A stretch of 64,000 bases of DNA from Octopus sinensis (GCF_006345805.1 NC_043008.1:14508001-14572000); one strand, 5' to 3'. Counted from the first letter of the stretch, positions 1 to 14,401 are shown. A program made the numbers and translations. Notes: generated by a model not told the origin, from the letters alone.

Positions 1-416
1 TGTATGTATGTATGTATGTATGTATGTTTGTTTGTATATATGTGTGTTTGTGTGTGTCCGTGAGAGAGAGCGTGTGTGCGCGTGTGTGTGTATACTTTAT
101 TTGTGAGTTAACAAGGCAATCAATGGTTTCATTAGAAGTGATCTTCACAATTATTCAAGCATGCTACGTGGAAGTGTTGGTACAGGTCTCCATTTTGGAG
201 GAGAATACTGATATTAACGTTTACATATATATATATGTGTGTGTGCGTGTGTGTGTGTCTGTATATATATTATATATATATACTTATATATTGATCATTC
301 ATTTTATACCTTTTGAGATCTAGTTATATGTTTTATAAAAATATATATTAGTTATTTACGTTTTGGTTTATGTCTATCACTGTTTGAGTTGCATAATAGT
401 GGTTTTATCTCTAATT

Positions 417-466
<50 letters not shown>

Positions 467-1380
467 CTTGCCCGCCTCGCCAGCGGGGTGGCATCATTCG
501 ATACAACAACAATGTGGGGAAGTGCACTATGATAAGTGGTGCATAACAACACCCGACAACCTAGTCACAATCGGTATGTGTATACATGTGCATGATTGTA
601 TGTAAATGTGGAATCAGTGTATGTATGTTCATTCCTGCAAGCCTAAAGTGTGTATATCTGTGTGAGTGTTTGTATGTAAATGTATGTCTGTAATGGATGA
701 ATGTATGTTTGAACTTTGAATGTGTGTCTGTGTTGTTGACTGGCTTGTATGTTATTATATCACTGTGTGTATATACATGCATGCGTCTGCCATGTATGCG
801 CATGGGCGTGAGTACAGGCGAATGTGAATAGCTTATTTGATTTAAGGATGGCGTTATTAAAGGAAAGGGGATTATAAATTGAGTCCATGAGGGCAAAAGT
901 TTGAAGATAAAACATAAATTACGGTTCACTACGGAGATGAAAACCTTGTAACTACATATTCTATCGTGATTCACAGAGATTCTTCTCTGGTTCACTGAAT
1001 TACCATACCAGATAATGTGTTTGAGTGAGTGAATGAATGGGGAGGGAAGAGGGAGGAGGAAGGGAAGGGGAGAGGTTGAGTGAGTAAATGAGGGAGGGAA
1101 GAAGGGAGATAGTGAATGAGTGAGGAATTTAGTGAGGGAGAGAGCAAGTGTGAGAGGAAAGGAAGGACGAAATAACAGAAGATGGAAGGAGGGTGTGAGT
1201 GAGTGAGTGTTGCGCAAAACTTCATTGTTTTTAATTCTTGACTTATCTATAATCATAGATAACCAGTGGCGCAGTCGTGGCGCAGTGTGGTAAGAAGCTT
1301 GCTTCCCAACCACATGATTCTGGGTTCAGTCCCACTGCGTGGCACCTTAGTCAAGTGTCTTCTACTATAGCCTCGGGCAG

Positions 1381-1978
1381 TATATAGTGATTGGACGATA
1401 AGCGTAAGCCAGTGTCAACGGTAGTTCCAGAAATTCCAAGCCGGAAACTACAGCTCAGAAGATGAGCCTCGTCCAGGAAGATCTGTAGAGCTCGAGGAGG
1501 ACGACCTGGTGGGGTTGTAACTGTTAACCATTCATCGACACCTGCGCTAGAAGAAAATCGACCATCTTTGGTTTCAAGACGAAAGGTGTTCTTCCATCAG
1601 GATTATTTATGTTCGGCCAAATACAGTGAGGACGACATTCCAAAGGCTGAAGCAGTTTGAATGGTAAACAATACCTCACCCACCATATTCGCCAGACATT
1701 GCCCCATCTGATTATCATTTATTCCGCAGTTTTCAAAATCATTTCGATTGAAAAAATATGAATTCTGTAGACGAGGTCAGAACAGTACTGGAGGAGTGTT
1801 TTCGTCATGGACAAGAGAATTTTGGAAGAGGGGCCTTGCAAGTCTACTAGATAAATGGAGGAGCATTGTAGAAGATGAAGGAGTGTACATTTTAGATTTA
1901 AAAAGAACTTTGTTTATCTTAATTTTGAAAAATAAAGGAAGTATTAAAAAAACGCATTATTTATGGGATGACCCAATA
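1381..1978 (+). mobile_element. Internally deleted mariner transposon
   Basis: N-terminal FQKFQAGNYSSEDEPRPGR piece, C-terminal HPPYSPDIAPSDYHLF motif, 3' TIR CGCATTATTTATGGGATGACCCAA followed by TA. Confidence 0.9.
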
Positions 1979-2564
1979 AAAACAAACTCCAGCTGTGATC
2001 CCATTTATATTCCCTACGCTAAACAAATTGGCGATTAAAGTTTAACAATTGCTTCTAACAACGATTTCCTACCCATCAGAGACCCAAGCTTCCCCAGGTA
2101 ACAACGAAAGCAAGAACACATCCTACATCTGGTATCATATTTTAGACAAATCTTACATCTGATATCTTATTTTATGTTGCTAAGAAACGAAGTCGATAAA
2201 TTACAGAACTGAATATTTAATCAAGTTAAAGAACTTTGCCCATTTGAGTAGCAGAACGGCAGCTGTGGAAACAATGGCTAACACAGAGCGACAAATAGTC
2301 TGTCTTGAAGATCAAATACGCAGAATTTTGGAGTCAATTATCTTGAAAAAATACTTAAAACGGTGCTACAATTCAGCCGTTAGTTTTTACGGTGTCCAGC
2401 AAGCAATGAAACATTTAACTGCGTTGGAACTTTTTATCGATAATTCAAATAGAACATCATGATCTTCGTTTTTATTATCAAAACTAGAACAATTTATTTC
2501 TTTTAAATAATGCATAAATTGAATTAAAAGTAGAATCACTCACTCTTTCTCTCTCTCTCTCTCC

Positions 2565-2595
<31 letters not shown>

Positions 2596-2827
2596 ATTTA
2601 GGGTATCTAAGAGACCACCACGCTGGAAATATCAGTCAAAACTTGACTCTAAAGCCACATTAAGTGTTCATACTGCACCAGAAGAGACAAAATAAACTAG
2701 CAAAAAATTACTGGATAATTCTAGATCCCGGATTTCTGATTTTGCATAAGAAATGCTTTGCCTTCATCAGTGGAATACACTCAGATATCACATAAATACA
2801 AATATATACAACATACGATAAACTTAC

Positions 2828-2875
<48 letters not shown>

Positions 2876-3109
2876 TCTCTCTCTCTCTCTCTCTCTCTCT
2901 CTTTACTCATTTATTTGTTTCGGTCATTTGACTGTGGCCATGCTAGAGCACTGCCTTTAGTCAAACAAATCGACCCCAGGACTCATTCTTTGTGTGCCTA
3001 GTATATATTCTGACTCTTTTGCCAAACCGCTAAGTTACAGAGACGTAAACACACCAGCATCGGTTGTCAAGCGATGGTGGGGGGGACAGCCACAGACACA
3101 CAAACATAT

Positions 3110-3246
<137 letters not shown>

Positions 3247-4599
3247 CATATATATATAGAGAGAGAGAGAGTGAGAGAAGGAGAGAGCGATATGAGGGAC
3301 TCTCCCGTCGAAGACGACGCATGGATGTTCGGTGAGAAGACAGAAAAAATATCCAAACAAATAGACACTCAACAACATACACATTTTACTTTTGCTACTA
3401 CCATTCCCCAGTGTTTACAATTCATTCACTTCACCTGGCGACCCCTTATCCCAGTCCTCGGGTCACCAAAAGCAATATGCATTTGAGCATGAGAATGATT
3501 TATTAAACCATCACATGCCCTACCTGAGAAATCACCGTGTGGGCAATGATGATGTGCAGGAAGACTGTTGTTCGGTTGGTTTCTTTTCCAGCTTCCCGTA
3601 ACTGCTGTTGATGTTGTATCTTTTGGATTTCGAAACTTTTAACCTGGATAAAGCACTCTCTCCTCCAATTTCCATAGTTTTTCGCAAGATTCTCAAAGTT
3701 TTCTCTCCTGATGACCCCATACACTTGCTGGCTTCCGGTATGTGGAGTTCTCGACTGGTAGCACTTGCATGTGTAAGTTGTTTGCAAGACATACATAGAC
3801 AAGTAAGACAAAACTATCTAAGACCGACTCGCCGACTTCTCGGCGACTCGACTTCCTACATCACAGCCTTTGTAACGACCAACACATACCACGTGTCACG
3901 TGGGAGGGATGTTCCATTATTTTTATTATTATCCCTATAATATATACATTCATTCATACATACAAACATACATACATACATACATACATACATGGTGGCT
4001 GCCCCCTCGTTATCGAGTATGGCCATTGCACGAAACTTAATCAATGTTGTTATCGTGCAATGCCTGTGCAAGAAGATTTTTTTTAAGTGGGGAAAGGCTG
4101 TGCACTGAGTCAATCCCACTCACTAAGCAACAGCAGCCATAATCTGAAAAGAAGAACAAGTCAACATCATCGGTAACCATTGAGCCGCAGGTTTTATATC
4201 GGAGTTATCCCAGTTACCTGAGTTACCTTCTCCTAGAAGGATGCCCTAACAAAGGCTAGGAGTCCTTCACTCCCAATGGTTTAACTGCGCGATCGGGTAT
4301 TCAGTCCGATTATTTCTATGTCCCCGCGCATGATCCAGCCTTAAGACATTTATTGGATGGCCGTTGACGCTCAAGAGTTCCTCCGCTCTTTGACGGGTTT
4401 TGTTTTTCATCCCGGAGGGTATCCAATAAACACCCTCCTCACCAAGCAAGCTTGGTGGGGTTGCCGGTTTAGTCGCCGACGACCCGACCATGCAACAGGT
4501 TGTACTGGGTTACATGTTACCAGTAGCACTCAAAAGTGATCTGACACTAACATACATACATACATACATACATACATACATACATACATACATACATAG

Positions 4600-4940
4600 A
4601 ATACTGAGGCACTGGCATACGTAACACACACTGCTTAAGTACCAATCTTGAGAAATTAGGCTTCTGAAAACCAGAAGAGAGAAAGCTGATTCGAAGACTA
4701 CAGATCGAAGCCATCATATATACTTAAACATTAAGCTTCTGGAAGGTTTTACAGATTTATACAGTACCAGTGATGGCTTCGATCTGTAATCTTCGAATCA
4801 GCTTTCTCGTGCATATATGCATATATGCACGAGAATACATACATAATGCAAAACATACAAATCTACACATATACATACATACCCTGTTGATGTTGTTGAA
4901 ATTCCGATGAAGGAACCTTAGGTCTGGAGTAGAAACCGGC
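4600..4940 (+). mobile_element. R4/Dong-like LINE 3' end with an internal inversion
   Basis: LEKLGF.KPEERKLIRRLQIEAI on +; its continuation TGTV.ICKTFQK is on -; the 3' UTR matches 11900-11960. Confidence 0.7.
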
Positions 4941-5803
4941 TCTTTACTCTTTACTCTTTTACTTGTTTCAGTCATTTGACTGCGGCCATGCTGGAGCGCC
5001 GCCTTTAGTCGAGTAAATCGACCCCGGGACTTATTCTTTGTAAGCCCAGTACTTATTCTATCGTTCTCTTTTGCCGAGCCGCTAAGTGACGGGGACGTAA
5101 ATACACCAGCATCGGTAGACAAGCAATGTTAGGGGGACAAACACAGACACACAAACATATACACACACATACATATATACATACATATATATACGACAAG
5201 CTTCTTTCAGTTTCCGTCTACAAAATCCACTCACAAGGCTTTGGTCGACCCGAGGCTATGGCAGAAGACACTTGCCTCAGATGCCACGCAGTGGGACTGA
5301 ACCCGGAACCATGTGGTTGGTTAGCAAGCTACTTACCACACAGCCACTCCTGCACTTATTGGCAAAAATTTTGAAATAAAACAAAATAACGGCATATATA
5401 TATATAGGCGCAGGAGTGGCTGTGTGGTAAGTAGCTTGCTAACCAACCACATGGTTCCGGCTTCAGTCCCACTGCGTGGCATCTTGGGTAAGTGTCTTCT
5501 GCTGTAGCCCCGGGCCGACCAATGCCTTGTGAGTGGATTTGGTAGACGGAAACTGAAAGAAGCATGTCGTATATATGTATATATTTATATGTGTGTTTGT
5601 GTCTGTGTTTGTCCCCCTAGCATTGCTTGACAACCGATGCTGGTGTGTTTATGTCCCCGTCACTTAGCGGTTCGGCAAAAAGAGACCGATAGAATAAGTA
5701 CTAGGCTTACAAAAGAATAAGTCCCGGGGTCGAGTTGCTCGACTAAAGGCGGTGCTGCAGCATGGCCACAGTCAAATGACTGAAACAAGTAAAAGAGTAA
5801 AAG
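4930..5803. mobile_element. Head-to-head pair of tRNA-derived SINE family B; other copies at ~1262-1378, 2905-3110(-), 9835-10175(-), 12755-13255, 31975-32440, 56455-56570(-), 60180-60590(-), 63060-63310(-)
   Basis: GGAGTGGCTGTGTGGTAAG…GGTTCAGTCCCACTGCGTGGCA head, internal microsatellite, tail CAGCATGGCCGCAGTCAAATGACTGAAACAAGTAAAAGAG. Copies at 4930-5352(-) and 5405-5803(+). Confidence 0.9.
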
Positions 5804-6690
5804 AGTACACATACATACTTGTTTACGTACGTACGAACATACACAAATCCTCACAAATCTTCGCGCACACACACACACACACACACAGACTCGTTCGCAA
5901 ACTTCAGCTAAAGCTTCTCTTGTCTTTCTCAGAAATTAAACTCCAGTTTGACACAAACCGGTCCCATTACTTTTGCATATCTGTTACACTATTTATCGTT
6001 CAAGGATTATTGAAGCTCAAGGGTTAAGACATAAACCTGGTAATACAACTAACCTAAGTTTAGATTTATGTAAAAATTGAAGTTGCTGCGGGGAAAATAT
6101 TTTTTATTTACTTTTTATTTTACTGTAGAATATAAGAGTTGCTTCCCTTTGTAATTACTCTACATGGAGTTACCTCCCATATTTGTTGGAAACTTTTCTG
6201 ATTCGTTTTTACATTTGGTTTACAAGATTCTTTATTCGTGTGTTGAAGCATATTGAATTGTGTCCGGAGAGAGTCGTTCTCTTTTAGTGCCTTATTATTT
6301 AACATACTGAACGGTTCGATTTCCAATCATTCACTTATTTATTTTATCTAAAATAGTAGTTGAATCTGTCCGTTATCAGACCTAAGTTATTTTTGTTTAT
6401 TTGTGCTCATGTGTATGCGTCAGTATGCATATGTATACATATATGTATGTATGTATGTGTGTATGTATGTATGTATGTGTGTATGTATGTATGTATGTAT
6501 GTGTGTATGTATGTATGTATTATGTATGTATGTGTGTGTATGCATATATGTGTATGCGTGTGTGTACGTTTGTATGTATGTATTCTGTATATTCATATGT
6601 TTGTGAGCGTGTGTCCCCGCCCGTGTTAGCTATGTGCCTATCTATCTATCTATCTATTTCTCTATCTGTTTAGTTACATATTCATTTACC

Positions 6691-6758
<68 letters not shown>

Positions 6759-7078
6759 TAAATGAAATAGAACATATGCATATATATAAACATATATGTA
6801 CGTACCTACCTCTACATGTACATATACACGCATATATGAGTACAGGACACCAAAGGGACGTCGAACACAAAGAGAAACGAAAACATAGACACAAACCAAA
6901 GGAACTGGACATTTTTTTTAAAACAACAAAAAATGGAGTACAGGACAATTAACACAACGAAAAAAACCCTTCTTCAGTCGCTAAGGTTTCATCTACTCTA
7001 CGTTTATATATACCGGAGTAAACACATAAATGTAAAACAAGGTGGAAAAAAGAATACTCAAACACCCGGGGTAGAGTA

Positions 7079-7240
7079 ATATGCTTTATTTAAAAGCAGC
7101 AGAAATTCAACAAAACCAGTTACTCGGAGTTTCACATTCCCGTTCGTCGGACAGTTTTTGTTAACAAAAACTGTCCGACGAACGGGATCGTGAAACTCCG
7201 AGTAACTGGTTTTGTTGAATTTCTGCTGCTTTTAAATAAA

Positions 7241-7246
<6 letters not shown>
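7079..7246. repeat. 168-bp near-perfect zero-spacer palindrome (Penelope-pLTR-like)
   Basis: Centre GTT|AAC at 7162/7163; only two mismatched positions between the arms. Confidence 0.9.
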
Positions 7247-7314
<68 letters not shown>

Positions 7315-7327
7315 ATATGTATGTATG

Positions 7328-7380
<53 letters not shown>

Positions 7381-7403
7381 ATGTATATATATATGTGTGT
7401 ATG

Positions 7404-7452
<49 letters not shown>

Positions 7453-7496
7453 TATATATATTATATATATATATATATATATCTATATATATATAT

Positions 7497-7568
<72 letters not shown>

Positions 7569-7599
7569 AGCCTACTGACAATTCTACCTGTGTATATTT

Positions 7600-9330
7600 A
7601 AACTGTGGGTATTGGGGTATGACTACCTTCTACTTATATTTCCTATTTAGTACTGGGGATGGTTCTTTTATGAGGACGTACTTCTGTATTTGTCTGAGTG
7701 TTGGGTCCTTTGGGTGCTTGGATAAATTACAGATGTCAAGTTGACTAAGTGTGCGTCCATGTTGGTCTTTGGCATGGTCGGTAGAGTATGGTGGACAGTT
7801 TTTTGTCGTCATATTGTTTCCAATGTACATTTAGTCTCTCCGCAATGCTTCTAGATGTCTCCCCTATGTATATCGTGGTCTTGTCTTTACAAGCAACCTC
7901 TATGCACCATATGCTGTAAACTACATTTCTAGTTCTACAGTTAATGCCAGGGTTAATCTTATATGCCATGCAGTGATCTGATGAAGCTCCCGGGCTTTTC
8001 AACGATCTTAATGTTGATTTTCTCATCCTTCAGAGCTTTCCTAAATCTTCGGGCTAGTTCTTTATGGGTTGATATTTGTCGGTCTTGTACCACGTGTTCA
8101 CTCTGTTTGTTTTGTTACAAACTCTTTGTATCCTGTTCCAGTCCTTAATTCTATATCTAGGGCAGGTATCACCGCTTTCATTACTTATAATGAACTTGTT
8201 GGGGCTGCCTGCTGGAGCCTATGCGGCAGGTATTTAAAGGGAAAAATTTGACAAGACAGTCAGTCACCGGCTGACACTCGCTGACGATACATCGAAGAGG
8301 CCAGGGGACAGAAGAAAGAAGAAGAAAGAAGACATGCACCCAACACCAGAGCTGAAGACACCTCCGAAAGGGGGTGGGTCCCGCCACGTCAAAACGGTAG
8401 AGGAGTAGGGGCCGAAACCGGACGTGGTTCCTCCTGATGATGTCTTGAGCTAACTGGATCCTATAAAGGAGCTGTTGTGGTAGCAGACCACGAAACACGG
8501 TTGTAATTCCTTCCTAACTTCTTTCTAGATCCTTCGTATACCCCAACCCTATCTTTCTGGTTATATCCAGAGAACTGCATGCGGTGCATGAAGTTCTGTA
8601 CATGAAGTTTCTTTGTTTCATAGGGTTTGCAAATTGGGGACATTTTGTTCGTTATCCTAAGTCTGCTATCAGTATGTTGATTTTCATGTTGTGTGACAAA
8701 TCTGCGTTCTTGTGAACAACATTCTCTAGAAAAACGACGACGCCGTGGAGATCTCATTCTTGCTCACAACATCATAAGCGGAAAGTGTAACCTCTCGAAA
8801 GAGCTGTTCTTCACTCCTGCTACAGAGCGTAGGCTGCGGGGTCACTCCGAAAAGCTCTATCTGCGACGATTTCATCTCAATCGAAGGAGAGGGGCTTACT
8901 CCGTCCGGTTTGCGGATCCGTGGAATAAGCTGCCGGACGAGATAGTGAAGATGCCGACGACCGCTCGGTTCAAAGTCTCTCTTGACCAGAAATGGCCTGA
9001 ATTCTTGGCATGAACACCCCTGTACATAACTCCATGTCCCTCTACATGGCCTTGCTTTTTGCTTTTTGAGCCAAAAAATTAACTTAACTAACTTAACTTA
9101 ACTTAACATATGTAGGAGCTATGGGTTTCATGTAATAGGAATGGAGGAGCTGCACTCTGTTGTTCCCAGTCTCTAACCAAAATTAATTTTCAAGGACCGG
9201 GAGTCTATTGTTAGTGTGCCTATGGGGTAATCTATTGTTACCTTGATACTTTGGTAGATGGAGTTTGCTACGTGCTTGATGCTCTCCATTATGCTCCTCT
9301 CGGTTTCTACATTATAGTTACTAGAACGAT
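7600..9330 (-). mobile_element. Degenerate Penelope-like element (RT C-terminus + GIY-YIG), split by a CR1 insertion
   Basis: CRTRNVVYSIWC…IYIGETSRSIAERLNVH GIY-YIG signature (7745-8026); ANSIYQSIKVTIDYP RT segment near 9230-9290. Confidence 0.85.
8690..9108 (+). mobile_element. 5'-truncated CR1-clade LINE 3' end
   Basis: LEKRRRRGDLI…LRGHSEKL…WNKLP…FKVSLD C-terminal motif followed by an (AACTT)n tail. Confidence 0.85.
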
Positions 9331-9339
9331 TTATCGGTT

Positions 9340-12040
9340 TTAATTATGTGAGTGCAGATCATTCAGCAAATGCTTTATCTGAAAAACTCCGATATCAGAC
9401 GAGAATTACTGAGAGAAGAAAAATGAACAAAAAATTTAACCAGAACCAGGCAGAAGTATACAGAGACATAAGAAGAGGAGCAGTGAACATCCCAGAAGCT
9501 CCTTCATGAAAAGCCTCCTCCTGGAGAAAAATCTGGACTGAAGAGAAGGAGTTTGACTAAGATGCTCTGTGGCAGGAAGAAATCCGAAGACGTTATTGTT
9601 CTTGCGTTACACCCAAGACATACCACATTGATGGTGAAACTCGGGCAACTGTGATCCAGAAACTCCAGGATGGAATAGCACCTGGAAGAGACCTGATTGT
9701 TGGATATTGGTACATGAAGCTAACATTCTACCGACCTTATCTTATCAATCTGTACCAGCAAGCTCTCATTGGGAACAGTAGCGTACCACACTGATTAGCT
9801 CTGACAGAGACAAAATTGATCCTCACATGACAAAAAAAAATCGACCTCCCGCAACTTGATTTTTTTAAAGCCTAGTACTTATTCTACTTTACTTATTTCT
9901 TTACTGAACTGCTAAGTTACGGGAACGTAAAGACACAAGCACCGGTTGTCAAGGGGTGGTGGTGGGGGACAAACACAAATGCACACACACACTCCCCCCC
10001 CTCACAAACACACAGAAGACAGGCATTCTTTCAATTTCCATCAACAAGACACACTCACAAAGCTATGGTCGGCCCGAGGCTATAGTAGAAGATAAAGTTT
10101 ACGTAATGGGACTGAACCCGGATCCATGTGGTTGGCAAACAGGCATCTTACCATATACCCATGCCTGCGCATATGTATGTATATACGTATGTTTGTATGT
10201 ATGTATGTATGTATGTATGTATGTATGTACGTACGTATGTACGTATGTACGTATGTATGTATGTATGTATGTATGTATGTATGTATGTATGTATGTATGT
10301 ATGTTGCGGGAGGTCGATAGTTGCATGCCAGAACTTAACGTATAAGATATACACAGCATATTTATGCCTTTTCCTCCAGGACCATTGTGAAACCAATAAC
10401 ATCATCACAGCAGAACAAGCAGCTGGGAAGAAGGGAGTCTGGGGATGTGCCGAGCAATTATTAATCAACAAAACTGTGATGTCAGAGGTGCAAGAGCATA
10501 GGAGAAACCTAGTTTCAAAGTGGCTAGACTACAAGAAATCATTTGACTCTGTTCTCTACTCATGGATGCGAGAAGCCGTTCAACTTGCTAAAGTTCCAGT
10601 GATCTGACTTCATCGTGGGCCACCGTCTTGAAATTAAACACAAAGATAGACTGTATTATTACTGATAGAATGCAGTATCGCAAATGGATATTCCGTGGAA
10701 ACAGCATCTTTGTGATGTTGTCTATACTTTCTGTAAACCTCTTGTCATTCATGTTAAGGAAGTCTGAAGGATATCTCACTGGTTCACAAGGAAACAGAAA
10801 TACCAAAATTACACACTGTTTCTTTGTGGATGACTTGAAACTTTTTGCATGAATATGCATGAGATGACAAAAGAGCCTCGACCTAGTTACAGCATTCTCA
10901 AAAGATGTAGGGTTAGAGTTTGGTCTGGATGAATGTTGTTATGTGGTTGTAAAAAGGAGGAAAACTATAAACCATGCTAGTCACATCTCCATCTGTCATT
11001 TGACTGCTTCCCCTATATCTAACGAGGAATGTAACGGGTATCTAGGGGTGGATGAAAACATAGCTTACAATGGCACTTGTAACAAAACACGTGTCACTAA
11101 AGAATATTACAGCTGAATAAAAAAAACTTTGACCCCAGGACTTTCTGAATTCAATAAAACAGTGACACAATGTGTTTGCAATGCCAGTACTCGTACCAAC
11201 ATTTGAGCTGGTTCATTGGACGCTTGATGAGATTCGAGCCATTGATGTGAAGACCCGAAAAATACTAACAAGCACATATTATTTCCACATAAACAGTGAC
11301 GTAGACCGCCTCTACCTAAAACGATAACAAGGTGGCAGAGGCTTAACATGCTTTTGAATGTCGTATCATAATCCCTTCGGCAACATCTTTTAATCACCAA
11401 GCGTCGATGTGCATCCTTTGACCAAGTTTGCATACATGAGGCTGATAACATCATAAGACTTGGAAGGCAGCTTCCTTGGACAACAATCTTTGTCTGATAA
11501 CCTAGAATACATACCCAAAGACGTTCCCCGACCCTACTGCAACGTATCTTCAGATGAAAGGATGAGCCTGTATGAGCAGAAGACTATGCATGGATATGTT
11601 AGTAGAAAGCTCTGTGATGACAGTAACATCGATCAGCGAAGCAGTTTATCATGGACGAATAGCCGGATTATTACCTCCCACTTTGAAGGGTATGCGTTTG
11701 CAATCCAGGAATAAGGAAATATCAACCAGGTACCAAGGGATAGAGATGCACGAAAAGCAGCAAAATGTGACAACCGATGCAGGCTTTGTGGAGTTAATCC
11801 GAAGAATACAGATCCAATCCATCACTGGAACTGTAAAAACCTGTAAAACTTTATCATTTATCATTTAAATATATTTCAGCATGTCTAGATATGCGACTAT
11901 GATATGCATGAGAATACATACATAAAGCAAAACATACAATCTACACATTCATACATACATGCATACATGCATACATGCATACATACATACATACATACAT
12001 ACATACATACATACATACGTATATACATATATACATACAT

Positions 12041-12075
<35 letters not shown>

Positions 12076-12110
12076 TACTTACATACATACAGACAGACAG
12101 ACAGACATAC

Positions 12111-12141
<31 letters not shown>

Positions 12142-12265
12142 CATACATACATACATACATACTCCGTTGTTGATGTTGAAATTCCAATAAAGGAGCCTTG
12201 GATCTAGGGTAGAAACCGGCTCTTTCTCTATTGGCAAGAAATCTTGAAATAAAACTTAACAATGA
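9340..12265 (+). mobile_element. Degenerate R4/Dong-like (RLE-type) non-LTR retrotransposon, with a SINE inserted at ~9835-10175
   Basis: EQAAGKKGVWGCAEQLLINK, WLDYKKSFDSV, HCFFVDDLKLFA, YLGVDE and CRLCG; C-terminal IQSITGTVKTCK; (CATA)n tail. Confidence 0.8.
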
Positions 12266-12721
12266 CATACATATATACATACATACATACGTACATATAT
12301 ACATACATACGCACATGCATACATACATACATACATACATACATACATACATACATTCATACATTCATACATACATACATACATACACACATACATAAAT
12401 ACAGACATACATACATACATACATACATATATACATACATACATCCATACATACATACATACATACATCCATACATACAGACAGACAGACAGACATACAT
12501 ACATACATACATCCATACATACATACATACATACAGACAGACATACATCCATACATACATACATACATATATACATACATACATATACATACATACATCC
12601 ATACATACAGACAGACAGACAGACATACATACATACATACATCCATACATACATACAGACATACATACATACATACATCCATACATACATACATACATAC
12701 AGACATACATACATACATACA

Positions 12722-12755
<34 letters not shown>
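11965..12755. repeat. Compound (CATA)n/(CAGA)n microsatellite
   Basis: Direct reading. Similar tracts at 6420-6560, 10190-10300 and 13290-13440; (CTAT)n at 17065-17240. Confidence 0.95.
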
Positions 12756-12924
12756 GGCGCAGGCATGGGTGTGTGGTAAGATGCTTGCTTGCCAACCACA
12801 TGGATCCGGGTTCAGTCCCATTGCGTACACTTTATCTTCTACTATAGCCTCGGGCCGACCAAAGCCTTGTGGGTGGATTTGGTAGACGGAAATTGAAAGG
12901 ATGCCTGTCTTCTCTGTATGTGTA

Positions 12925-13001
<77 letters not shown>

Positions 13002-13699
13002 AAGAGAGAAAGAAAGAGAGAGTGTGTGTGTATTTGTGTTTGTGTCCCCTCACCACCACAACTTGACAACCGGTGCTGGTGTCTTTACGTTCCCGTAACT
13101 TAGCAACTTAGCAGTTCAGTAAAGAAACTGCTAGAATAAGTACTAGGCTTTAAAAAATTAAATTGTGGAAGGTCGATTCATTTGACTAAAAAAAAAAATT
13201 CAAAGTGGTGCCCCAGCATGGCCGCAGTCTAATGACTGAAAGAAGTAATAAATAAAAGATCGCGCGCGCGCACACACACACACAAAGACATACATACATA
13301 CATACAGACAGACATACTTACATACATACATCCATACATACATATACACATACATACATACATACATGCATGCATACATATATACACACACACACACATA
13401 CATACATATATACATACATACATACATACATACGCACACACAGACAGACAGATTCCTATATAACCGCAAAACGTGGTGGTTACGGTTGGAATGCCTTTGA
13501 TCAATTGTTATTGGAAGACGTTAACAAAATATTTGAACAGGATTTAAAAACCGGTGAACCACCAGTTTTATGTAAGAGCGGTGAACTAAATGCGAATGTT
13601 TTGGCATGAAATTCCGTCCAGGTCAACTTTATCTGTTATGCTTCCTGAATCGATAAAATAAAGTACTAAAACAAGTTCTAGAAATGGTGTAACGCTTTA

Positions 13700-14085
13700 G
13701 TTTAACCTGTGTTAATGTTAGGGTTAGGGGTGGGAGAAAAGGGTTTCTGCTATCTTCAGAAATGTAAACAAAGCCACTTCCGGTAATTACGGTACCTATA
13801 CCGAAGCATAGCCTAAAACAAACCCTAACCCTAACCCTAACCCCCACCCCCATATATATATATATAAAAAAACACTGGCGTAACTTCGGTATACGTAGCG
13901 GAAGTACCGGATACATTTCAAGAAAGTGTTTTTTTTTAATATATATATGGGGTGGTTAAGGGTTAGAGGTGGGAGAAAAGGGTTTCTGCTATCTTCAGAA
14001 ATGTAAACAAAGTCACTTCCGGTACCTACGGGACGTATACCGAAGGATCGCCAAAGCACTTTCTTGAAATGTATCCGGTACATGT
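13700..14085. mobile_element. Compound MITE cluster with (CCCTAA)n and ETS-like motifs, upstream of putative SCO exon 1
   Basis: Internal unit shared with 59780-59939; 25-bp inverted repeat at 13904-13928/14057-14081; AACCCT repeats at 13820-13842. Confidence 0.65.
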
Positions 14086-14401
14086 TTTAATATTTGTTTT
14101 TTTTTTTTTTTTTTTGGAAGACGTCCGAGAATTAAACAAAATTATAAATTTCAAAAAAACAACAAAATACGAAATTCAAAAGAATTTCAAATTTTTGATA
14201 ACTATAAATAAAGATTATTTTAAATCCAATTACAATTTTCTTAATTGGTAGTTTACAAACCGACGTTATATAAGCCTTAGTTTCGTAGCATTACAAAGTA
14301 CGCGGTGTTATTGCTTAGTTACTGCTTTCATAATGTACTCGAGTGAACGCTTTGAGTAGCCAACAACTAAAAACGATAGCTTTGCCTATATTTTACCAGA
14401 T

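Noticed and set aside
2244-2462. 72-aa ORF in unique-looking sequence
   Set aside because: No recognisable motif, no convincing splice sites or ATG context.
12256-12830. Long ORFs such as MYVCMYV…, HTYIHTY…, IYIYIY (also 12-605, 2994-3486, 6360-6948, 7190-7601, 10099-10607, 11897-12364, 13200-13609)
   Set aside because: Translations of (TA)n, (CA)n and (CATA)n microsatellites.
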